From: Botryllus schlosseri
Lineage: Eukaryota
DNA: 64,000 nt
Reading direction: 5' to 3'
Assembly: GCA_051294905.1 (NCBI GenBank)
Contig: CM119378.1
Location: 9,238,001-9,302,000, forward strand
In this document: piece after piece, positions 22,201 through 34,200 of the stretch
Position numbering within the stretch: the stretch's first letter is position 1
How the letters are laid out: the number at the start of each line of letters is the position of its first letter
Notes under the pieces: generated by a model
The model's database searches: none
What the model was told of the DNA's origin: nothing
What the model saw: only the letters and a program-made list of their open reading frames with translations
Translations under genes and position numbers: made by a program

Positions 22201-25200
22201 GATCCTCTTTGCGTGTGTGTCAGGGATATATCCCCATGAGAATAGGTCTATTTGACTCATTTGACTCATTTTCATCCTATGGATGGGTGGGGAATAGCAA
22301 TTTGTTAGCCATTTACGTGATTTACGCCCTACGCTAGGAGGAAATACTCGATTTCCTTTCATAGTGTATGTTTTATGATACTGACCTCGGGCTTGTCAGA
22401 TTCATCAAGAATGGTTTCGTGATCGTCCGTCAGTTTCGGTATAACTGGTGCAGCAGAAGGCATACCACACACAGGCTTTGCTCCTGTAGTACAATAGATT
22501 CACTTGTTGAATTTTGTGATTAAAATATATATCAAGGGCACATTTGATACTCAATTACAATCAAAAGTAGTGCTATAAATTCTTACTCAATTACAAGTAG
22601 CAGTAGCGATCTTCTAGAACAGTGGTTCCCAACCTGGGGCGTGAAAGCATCTGAAGGGGGCGCGAAGAAGTAGTCAACTGAATTTTTTTCGCGCTCTGCG
22701 CGATTTACATCAAATTCACGCGTATTTCTCTATATAGACCGAATTTCATATTTTTGAATTCTCTTATCAAAAGTCATAACTTTCCATGCCATCAAACAAT
22801 ATGTTGGGGTTGCTAGCATCCCGGTAGGATTTTGTGATATGACGATAAGGGGGCGCGAAACTTTTCACTATCACAAAGGGGGGGGATGTCTAAAAAAAGG
22901 TTGGGAATCACTGTTCTAGAATCTAGGTATTCCGAGACTACTGAGGTAGAAGTAGTAAACGAAAGCTAGAAGTACTCCAATCAGTAGATTGAAGAAATAG
23001 ATCGCCGTAGGGCTGTAAATTTCCACGGCATTCCATTACAAGAAGAAGTACTGAATTTCAAAGCATGCCGAGATAATCCAAGTCTAGAACTCAGCGACGA
23101 TATAGGTACTAGAAGTATTCGTGTAAGTAGTTTGACGAATCAAATTAGGACGGGACGTCGATCCGTTTTTTTCTTTCAAGGAAATCGTCGGTGATTGCCT
23201 TCAAAATTGCAAGATGCCTCTTCGGTACTAGGAATGGTCATTTGGTCAACCCGTTGCCCGCGAGAAGGTTTTGAGTGGCTACGCGCTAATTTTTAAAATT
23301 AGTTAAATTAGCAAAAAATGAATTGCCCAGTAAATTTATTGTGAATTTGCAGGATCAAGAAAAACTCTTATTAGCCGGAGCGCGAAATTTGGGACGTCCA
23401 GGATTAATGAAGCCTCATTTTCTACGCATTGGCGTAGTCACATTTTTGTAAATCTTTGTAAATAAAAATAAGGTAGCATATTCCGCGGCAGATTGATTCA
23501 ACTTGATTTTGTTCGCTGTTCTTGTGATTACGTGCCTTTAGATTTCTTGCTTACAACAATCCTTACACGGCCGCTGTCACCGTTATCGTCTCGGCAATTC
23601 GACTCTGTATGAAGGTATGCAAATCAATAGGAGAGTTGGTAACAGTGTGCCGATTTCAATGTTAGCAGGACGAGATCGCCAGAGATGAAATATGTACTGA
23701 CCAGATGCGTTGGAATCGCAAAACGATTCGTCGCTGTCGTCCCCACAATCATCATATCCATTGCAGCGCTGCGTATTGGATATGCAGTAGTTGTTGCCAC
23801 ATCAAAATTTGGACGGCCAGCAGCAAGGATCGCAAGCTCCGTCCGTCAATCGTATGTCGTCGATGGCGATGTCTCCCAAATAATCCAACCCTATAGTGCC
23901 TTTTATGATGACCTGTTGTGAAGATGCCGGAAAGTAGAGATGGTGTGAACGTACATGGGGTTCACGTTCCCGTTCGGTGTGTGAACCGCTGTAATTTGGA
24001 GGTTCACAAACGGACCTTGGTATAGCGTCCATACTGTGAAACTTTTTCAAGTAATACAATTTTCATGATAACGTCTTCGGTTGAAATTCTTTGCATTTCA
24101 ACTTTGGAACACCCTCTGCATGGCGCTGGCAGCACGAAAATAAATTCAGCACTAAACGAGCTTGCACCTTGGTAATTTCAAAAATTATTTGCTTGTAAGT
24201 TTGCTCAAAATATTCAGATTTCCGTTTGTGAATCTTTAGTGACTCTCAGCTGTGAGCTTTGCCCGCAATCACATAATAGCAAGAACGAAACACACTACAT
24301 GTAGGAAGCCAGTGAATTGTGCTAGTCAACCAATCAGTTATTTACGTCAACGAAATTGATCTCTAAATGCATCGTTGTCTGGTGTAAAAAATCTATCAGA
24401 CGTACGGGATCTATCTTGATTTGAGATCCTCGTTGTATTTTAAAGAACAAGCCCGTACGGTTTAGTTGTTGGCTATTGTATAACTTGTTTTTGAGATAAT
24501 ATCTGGCGCAAGTGTGTAGAAACCAGTGTTTCACTCGAATACATATGTCCGGTCTAGCCGAGTCCTCGTCGATATTGTCGGCAAAGCGATTTTGTGGAAT
24601 AACTATAGAATTAGATTGTTCCAATTGATACATTGTTGAATAAATCTATAACAAACAACTAACGAAATAGTTTTGGGCCCCTTGGAGCTATCCCGCCCTA
24701 TTGGAGGTTTGGGGTGCGACATGCATTTACGGCACAGGGTGATAGTATAACTCTTGTGTACTTTCGCTGCTCCAGTCACGTCGCGAAACCCAATGATCCA
24801 ATCCTCGCATCCACTGTGTGATTGTGAGTTTAGTTCCACTATTGTGGGGAATAACATAACCATTCTGGGCCCGCTTCAAATAATTCTTTGGTGAATGGGA
24901 TACTATACAGAGAAGTGGAGAAATAATTTTTTTTATGCTAGCAGTACATTGTGCATTGTACATATAGTCGATCGGCCTATGTCTTGTACCTAATAGGCGA
25001 TGTCAGAACATTAAATCCAATAATACAACGTAATCAGCGGGGAAGCGAGTGGCGCAGTTGGTTAAGCGCCAGCGTCACGACACCAATGGTGATGGTTCGA
25101 ATCCCGGTTCGGACTAATTACTATGGGTCGGAGGTTCTATGGGCTCCTCATCGCTGACCTCACTGCTAAGCAGTGACTTGAAAAGCCCAGCTACAGTGAG

Positions 25201-28200
25201 CCGAGCTATAATTCGGTAGCAACAGAAACGATGTTCAACTGATGAAGCGTGTCTGACAGAGACTGAGAGAGTGCAAGAAGAATGAAAATGTGCAGCGATG
25301 ATAAACGATGATAAAGCGAGCGTGAGAGAGAGTGGAAGCACGTCAAAGACACCAAAATATGAAATTTATTGTACGTGTAATTGCAATGTCGTGGAGCACA
25401 AAGCCTTAACCTGGCTAAAAGCACCACTGTCGTGTCCTATAATAATAATAATAATAATAACAACGAAATCATGTTACTCTTACATTATGTAAAATGACTT
25501 CAACGCCGGGCATTGTTAAACCGACTACAAAGATTATTGTGCTGCGCTAAATCCTCAAATCCATCACGATTCGTTGCGGCGGAGCCGTATACTTCCACAG
25601 GAAGTTCACAAATGACAATAAATCGCTATTGTGGATAATTTTATGTTACATCTCCATCAAATGCGCTGCAGTCCAAGTTTGATACACACCCTTTTCCAAG
25701 GCATACAACATATGACACTACGGGAATACTCGATTTATTCAGCATTAACTTCCAGATTCGAAATTAGTTTCGTTGCTGTTGACCGTATAGGTTGTCATAG
25801 CGGGGGACAAAAGCCGCCGTTTCCGGGGTTGTAATCAAGTCACAAGGTTCCGAGTCACAAGTCAATCTCACTTAATGTTTTGACTCGAGTTAAGTCGAGT
25901 CATTTTCAATTCACCACCGAGTCAAGTCCATAGGAAGATGCCGAAACTACCAGGAGTGGTCTTTGAGATCAGGAATGATAGATGAAATACCAATGGTAAC
26001 ATTACTATTCTTCGAAGTTACAATGAAATGTCTGTCTTGGCAGTCCTAGCCTCGAGTCGTATGACTTGGTTCATGACTCGAGTCGAGTCAAGTCATTGTA
26101 CGCATTTGAAAAAATGACTCGAGTCAAGTCGAGTCCCAAAATATTCGCGAATCGAATCATTTTACATTTTTCCAAATAGCTCTGTGGCCCGCCTCAAATT
26201 ACTGTTGTGGCCCACTCTTTGAGAACCACTGCTCTAGTCTATCTAGAATCAATAACATTTCACACTCTAAGATATATCTTAGCTTTGTAGTTTTATGTTC
26301 TTTCTTGCTTTTACCATGATGTGGCTATAATAATATAAAGTTACGGTCAAGGACATTTTTCAATGCTACTAAGATTACTGCAAAATTCTGCTATCTAACA
26401 ATAAAGAGCACAATGTAGAACCTTCCAAGGTTCGTTCGCAACCGGCATAATATGATCTGTCAAGCAATATTCTCAGAAATCGATGATATTTTCCACTATG
26501 CCAGATTTCATTTTGGGCATCTTATGTCTTTCCTGATTTTACCTTTATGAAGGTAGTGATAGTTACAATCAAAGACAATTCATCAACGTTGCGAATTTCA
26601 CTGTATAATTATGCTATTTCACAAAGTCCACGTACTGTAAGACAGGGGTTCTTAAGTTGGGTCCATGAATTATCTATAGCAGGGGTCATCAACACGAGAC
26701 TCGCGAGGTCATATTTTGCGGCCGTTGATCATTTTGAGATTTCAGTAGAACGACAAGAAAAGCATTTTTAAAGGCGGAAATTGGTTTCAGTTTCCAAATA
26801 TTGTTGTTGTTTCAGAATAAGCTTAGCTATTCCTCACTAGCTGAAACGGCTTCGGCGATGGCAACAGCATTCCATGGAGGGAAAATCAATCAGGCGATAT
26901 CAATGGACGTATTGCCTTGGCGTGCAATGGTCCAGATACTGCCAAGACTCGGATGCCTTAAAAACGGCTTGCGGTTCCGCACAAGATCAAGCTTTATAGG
27001 GAGATGTCGTTCAGGTATAGTACCGTGTCTTGCTAGCTCCAATATCGATCTCTGAAAAGCGCCGTCGGTTATCTTGCTTTTCTCATACTTCAAATTACAA
27101 TGAAATTCATGATCATGAATCATGATATATATTTGCTGTATTTGTATTTATTTAATAAGATATTACTTTGTGGTAACTATGCCCGTCGCTCATGTTGGAG
27201 AGCATAGCGTTGTACTGACGTAGTTTAAAAAATGTGGTTGCTAAACTGTGTGGCCTATTTTGTGAAAAGTGGCGAAGTGAAAGTGGTGAAAATAGTGGGA
27301 TGTTAAGTCAGTAACCGGCGAATGACGCTATAGTGAAAAAATGTGCAATGGTTAGGAGGCATCATATACTTCGGAACGCCATCAGGGATAGCAGACCTGT
27401 GATCTATACATATAGGTTACCAGGAGCCAGGGATGCTCAGGCTGCTCAGTGCTCACACATGAGTGCACTTTAGCAGCACGTGACTTACAAATGTCGATGC
27501 CAATGCGATACACACCAAACATGTCACGATGATCAGTGAAGTATAATTGTTACAATGTGTGAAGCTGATGAACTGAAGACGGCCATATCCGCTCTGGCTT
27601 AATCATGGTATCGTAGCTATCGAGTTAAGGTTCATTTCCCACCGGACACCGTCAATTGTGGTTGATATAGTCCGTTTCACATTCGTGTCATATTGTTGAG
27701 AACTGCATTACCATATACCAGGAGTATATTCGCGATAGACGTGGTGAGTAAAGACTGAAAGGGGAATATGGCCTCACATCAACCCGCCCAAGCAGGACTG
27801 GTGCACAAAGCCCTGTAGTAGCACCAAACTAACAGTGAACAGTCAATATGAACGCCCTTGTCTATTGTATATCAAAGATGTAAATGGTGGGTATATATTT
27901 AGGTACGTACATTGTAGCATGAATATTCAATGCATACCTTATACGGAAGTGCTTCATTGATAGTGATTTCCGTAAAAAGCCATTGATTTCCTTGGTTTTT
28001 AAAATTTGACCACAGTGACGAACCGATGTACTTCCCATTCTCATGTGGTGGCATGCTGTATACTTTGATTGTACCAACACCTTCCCCGAAAGAGTGGTAC
28101 CAAAACGTGAGACACTTTGCTGCAATATATACCTGCATCATTTCGAACGACACATGACGGATGAAAAGCGTACATCTGAAATCGTAGACATCGCGCGACC

Positions 28201-31200
28201 AGATCTGCATAGGCCTACGGCTTATCAGGGTACATAGGAGAGAGAAAAAATCTCAGGTCTGACCATTTTTACGCTGAAGGCAACATTTTTCAACGTCACA
28301 ATGAACTAGATAAGGTTTTGTATATATTATATCATAGAAAGCATCTCAACATATCGCCGCCAAAATAGAGAACACCGGTAGACTTACACGCAGAGACTTT
28401 AGGATCTATGATCGGACTCATCAACCATGCCTCATCAAATCGTTGCTTTTTCGACGACTCAAGATACAGATAAGTTCCGCTAGCATCTGTGACGTGTGGA
28501 AAATTCTATAACATTTGTAACACAAGACACGATAGAAATATACTTTTCATAGTGTGATCATGACTCGGCCCGGTATTCATTGATGGCGTTTGTCCTCTGC
28601 GTCTTGTCCAATTAAAATGATCATTTTGCGTCTCCTGCATCCATCCGCAATTGTCAGTTTCAAAATCGCAAGTGATTGTTGCTGGAAAATGAGTTAGCGA
28701 CATCAACTAACGATGAGTCACGTCGTTGATGTTTATGATTTTGTCGCCAAGCAGAATGGAGAGTTAGACGAAGTCAGTATAGCGGTAGAGAATCCAGTTA
28801 CAGAGTAATTCGATGATATGATAAATTTAATTTTACATATACTTACAGAAATATCTGAATAGAAATCCAGGTTGATGACGGTTTGGTTAAAATTTTATAG
28901 ATATTTTATAGCCGTTCGTACCTTGCATTAGTTTCATTTGTTACCCAACCACGCATTGCCCGACTCCGAACATTAGTAGCCTATATACCGAAAATGAAGA
29001 GCCGACAAGTCTCGAATTTTGAGTCAATTGCATTTTCGTGTCTGTATCTGATTCGACACCGCATATCAAGTCTCGCTGTCTCACTACAATGTTTGGTGCG
29101 TCTTCTGAATATATTAGCCTACATTTATTGTATTTCTGTTCGCAGCAGCAGGAAGTAGCAGTAGCAGAGAGTGTTACGTCATAGTTAAAATATTTGATTC
29201 AATTGGCGAAACGTTAAGACTCCGGGTCACCGCCAGCCAACCTTTTCTGACCCTCCGTCGGAAAGATTTATCTACCCGTAGTTGAATGAAAGCCGAAGTC
29301 AAAGTCGGACTTTTGAGCGTGTAACACAAAAAAAGCTCCATAAAAGTCAGAACAGTTCCTAATTGGTCAACTGGAACGAAGTAGATAGTTTTGAGGAAAA
29401 TTGTATACTCACGACATTTTCCGTCGGTTATGTTGAAGTCGTCTAAGGCGATATCTCCTTTCCAGTCGGATCCTCTTGTTGCAGTTATCACCAACGAAAA
29501 TATGTGATTGCCTTGCAAATCGATCATTCCCTCAAGCCATTGATTTCCCTTTTCGCCTTTGGTTCTCCAAATATTTACCATCTTCTTTTTAATGAGTTTG
29601 AATATTGTCAAGTCTCCGATGCCTGAAAAGCGGCAATGAGAAGTTTCGGGAGTGATGCGATGGGCAGATTTCATTTCGAATCTTGCATTTCTTGGATACC
29701 TTGAGCGGAATAACTGCAGTTCTGCCCTGACATATACACAAAACTACCTACTTTAACCACACCACGCCGTGCCGAAACCACCATTTATTTTCAGATTACG
29801 GACCGGACACTGTCGTCTCAACTCCCATCTTAGCAAAATTGGATGCTCCGATACCCCTGATTGTGCCACATGCCATGTTGAAGAAACCGCAGAGCACGTT
29901 ATTATCGAGTGTGCAAAGTACGCTAACGAAAGATGCCAGTTTAGAGCTGCCGTAATGGACCTGAGAGTACCCTTCACCATGGAAAATATAATAACTACTG
30001 ATTGTATATTACCTTTGCTGTGGGAATTCCTTGCGAAGACAAAGAGACAGTACTAAATGTTTAGTTGAATGTATTTACTTATCGCAATATCGATTCGATT
30101 ATCAACCGTTATGTCTTGACGCAAAAGACCATAGACGTCATATGCGTCACTAAAATTGCTTTTAAATATAATAATAATAACTGCAGGTGTCAGATAGCTT
30201 GAACTTACTCAGTTCAAAGTATATTGCAGCGTAAAACCCCAATATTTTTAGCAGGCCTCGTAAAATCTTGCATGAATACTTTTGCACACTTTCGTTTCAG
30301 TGCCATGAGCAGTTGTACCGTGGAGCATGGTGATTGGTATCCCTCAAGAGTGATATTTATTGACATTGTCTATGCGCTATATTTGGTGCTAAATGTTGTC
30401 CTCTACTTCGAGCGTATGCATACATTGTCCTAACATATTTCCCATCTTCATTTTCATACCGCCTTGAAATGTTCGGAAACAACAAGTATTTAATATGTAT
30501 GCAAGTCAGTAAGATGATAGACCGACTGAAGCAACATGAACTTATATTATGCAGAATATGGACGTGTAGTCGTTCACTTACCTGTTCCGTACATATGGTA
30601 CCAAAATCGAAAGCATTTCGGACCATCTATTTTGAATTGACTGCTGATCAATGTTGCACGCAAACCGATTTTTTGTCTTGAAGCATCGATATATATATAA
30701 CCGCCCCTGAATGAAACCCAGTTATATGCTTGAATTATTCGCAGCCATTGCATCGGTGGAGGCTGCAGGAGCAGTGAATCAATTTTCGCTATGCTTCATC
30801 ATTCTAGATTTATGTTGATTACCAAAGTTAAAGTTGTATGAAGTAGTTATTGACCTCATACCATGGCGAGACATGTTAGAGTAATTTCGTTACGTATAGA
30901 AAAGAAATTGGTAACTTCACGTACCTACTGCCTGACGTGTGGTCGGCTCTGGGACCAGTGCCATCTAGATGAGTCGTTGAGGATGTGGCGAGATCCCAAT
31001 CAAAGTCTTTGTTTTTTCCCTTGGCCTGCTGCCATTGACATGTGGTTGTTGTAAAATCACATGTCATCGGATGCTCATTTGTCCCTGGCCTTTCTGAAAG
31101 ATAAATGTCCATAGGCAGCTACGACAAAGAATGCTTCTGATTGTGATAAATTGAGTTGTGGTATTTCTCTCCAAATGTCATCATTATATACGTGGTAAAC

Positions 31201-34200
31201 TTCCGGACCCTATTGATTTATAAGCAATCAAGTCATCTTTGGCTCCGAGACTAAACGGTAGTTATAGGGATGGTGTGAACGTGAGGTTCACGTTCGCGTT
31301 CTGTGTGTGAACCTCGGAAATTTTGAGGTTCGTGTTCACAACAGAACCTTGGTAGGTTCTGCACTGTGAACCTTTTTCATATATTGCAATTTTCACTTCA
31401 TTATAACATCTTTGGTTCAAATTTATTGCGTTTTAACTGCCGGCCACTCTATGCATGGCATTGGCAGCATAAACAATCAACACTGAACGAGCATGCACCT
31501 TGACAATCTCAAAAATTTAGCTTGCTTTGTTACAAACGTTTGCTCGAAATATCCAGTTTTCCGTTTGTGAATATTTAGTGACTCTCTGCATGAACTTGAC
31601 CCGCATCAATCACACAACATCAAGAGCCAAATACACTACATGGAGCCAGTGAATGATGCTAATTTCTCCAATGAATGACGTTGATATCGTTTTCTATCTA
31701 GCTGGCGTATACGGGGTCAATCTTGACTTCATATGTATACCGTATCATAAAAACCAAATCCGTGCGATTGGGGTGTTGGCTACTGCTGTATAACTTGTTA
31801 ATGGGTTAGTATCGGTAGCAAGTATAGTAACCCGTTTTACACTCTGCTCGATATCAACGTAGCAATACTCAGACTCCGAATACATTTTCCGGTCTGGCCT
31901 AGACCATTAAGGCGTGAGCTCTATTCCCTGGCAAGTCCTCGTCGAAATTGTTGGCAAAGCGATGGAAGATATTGATATTATGGGATTATCTTATCAGTTG
32001 ATACATTTGGCGACGTTTAAAACGTCAATATGTACTTCAGCATTGTGGCATAGCTAGGTATCGTGTACAGTACATTAATATAGGCTATCACTTCATTGAA
32101 ATATAGGGTTGAAATTAGCAATGGGACGTCATGTGACGTCATGAGGTTCACGTTCGCGTTCACACAGAACCTTTCAAAAAGGTTCGCGTTCACACGAACC
32201 TGAACCTTTCAGAGGTTCACACCATCCCTAGTAGTTAGCACCGATTTATACTTCACCTCACGGTGAAGTTGAAAATCCAAAATAAGGTAACAGCACACGT
32301 ATTTGACTATTCATCATATTGTGCATTACAATGTACATCTGCATAATTCAGCGAAAAGTACAGTAGCCACGAAATTCTGACATATTTATCATTCTTCGTA
32401 GAATACTTGGTGATGAAATGTATTGGTATTTACAGATTTTGGGAAGTTGACTGTACATAAATTATTTTACTAGCCTGCTGATATACATATTGAAATCATA
32501 GCAATTTAAACTGTTTTGAACTTGCATGTTGACCATACTGTAGCCTATATCGCATCGCTTTACCTGCAACCATTGGTTTAGCATCCGTATGATCGGTCTT
32601 CGACTTTTCATCATCTACATATATGGTACGCATGGTGACCATGGAACACAATTGACCACATTCTATTTCTATAACGCACCGCACGGTTGGCCTTCAACTT
32701 TAATGTCGTCCAACGCTATGTCTGATTGGAAGCCTGAACCTCGAGTGGCGCGAAACGCGATTTGATAAGGCATTGATTCTGTGATCGTGACCTGGGCGAA
32801 TCTCCAGTCGGTGTCGTTTCTGCTTTGTTCCGTATCTTTCATCCATTTGCGAGTAAATCTAATTTATGTAGGCTACTGGTATGATGCGTTTCAATTTCAA
32901 TAACATTAACCAACACAGCGAGGAATACAAATGATACGGTTTTAGTAAAAATAAAGGATTTCAAACTGAACTGTGACATTAAATGCAGAATTTTGTACTT
33001 ACTTTGTACCACCACTTTGGACCGACATGACTTCCAGCATCCCCATGCTTTTCCCTTTCATATGGTAGAAAAAACTAATACAGGTTCGATTTTTTGGGTT
33101 GATTACTGGACTGAGAATCGTGCTGTATTGCGAGCTTTTTGCTGATGACGCTTCCAGGTAGATATACCAGCCGTCTAGATAAGTATAGGTGCTGATAAAC
33201 GGAGGATGCCGGCATTTTGATGACACTGTTTTAACGTACGCCCTGTTGTGTGATCAGACGAAGGGCCTGTACCCGAGCTTGGAGTTCGCTTTTGAAATAT
33301 CTCCCAATCTACATCGTCTTTAACATCTTGTTTCCATCCGCATAAATTGCCCCGTTCAAAGGCACAGTTGATGTTATCTGAAATATAGAGTTGCTCAGGC
33401 TTTCGTTCATCAATCAATATGTAGACCACTTGTTGTAAGGAACCGAATTGGGGTGTTTTTGTTTTTCTGGGAGAGGGATTCTGCGAAGACTTGAATATTA
33501 ACGTAAGTGTTCCGCGGGTTAGTAAAGGTTAAGGACCACCGTCCTACATACTTCGTACAGGTACTTCTATCCAACCCTTCCTTCGTGAAATTATGTCGCA
33601 TTTTTACTGGATTGTGCCCTTTGAAAATTTGATTCTTGGGGGCTTCAAGGGCTCTGATCAGATCGGACATCTGACATATCTACGATCATGCGACAAGGTA
33701 TATTTATCCAGAAGGTCAACTGACACATCACAAAATTCTGAGTGAGTTGACGAATATGATGTGGGAAAACAAATCAGCTTTCGTACGGAAAACAAACAAT
33801 TACCCAGGTAGGGTTGCATTTAAAACATATGGTTTTGAAGACACTATGTTTAAAACAAGTTTTAAACAGTGATATAAACAAAGGCTATTTAGAACTACAT
33901 TTTTTTAAGTTGTATAATTATGCCATAAGTGTGTAAATACTTTCCAAAAAACATTCTCTATGAGCCTACGGACGATTACCATCAGATATAGCCGGCGTAC
34001 ACGATATGGGATGGTTGGAACCCGTGAAATAGTCGGTTAAGCAGCTAGACTACGTCGATATAGATCACTGGTTCTTAATCTTTTTTCCTCCAGCGCCCCC
34101 TTTCACAGATTATCGTGCTCCAGCGCCCCCAACCTCATATTGTATAAGGCAGTGGCGGCTCGTCCTATAGGGCAACTGGGGCATTGCCCCACCTAAAATT

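Noticed and set aside
25037-25115. tRNA gene
   Set aside because: The Pol III boxes are present but I could not close a cloverleaf; the long body, (AAT)n tail and TSD indicate a SINE.
26890-27123. ORF ending ...SIDIA, resembling the MAM GDIAIDD motif
   Set aside because: It ends in a stop, and the real MAM5 end is at 23702-23912.
27169-27834. Possible solo LTR (TGT...ACA with a purine run)
   Set aside because: No TSD, no terminal inverted repeat and no second copy.
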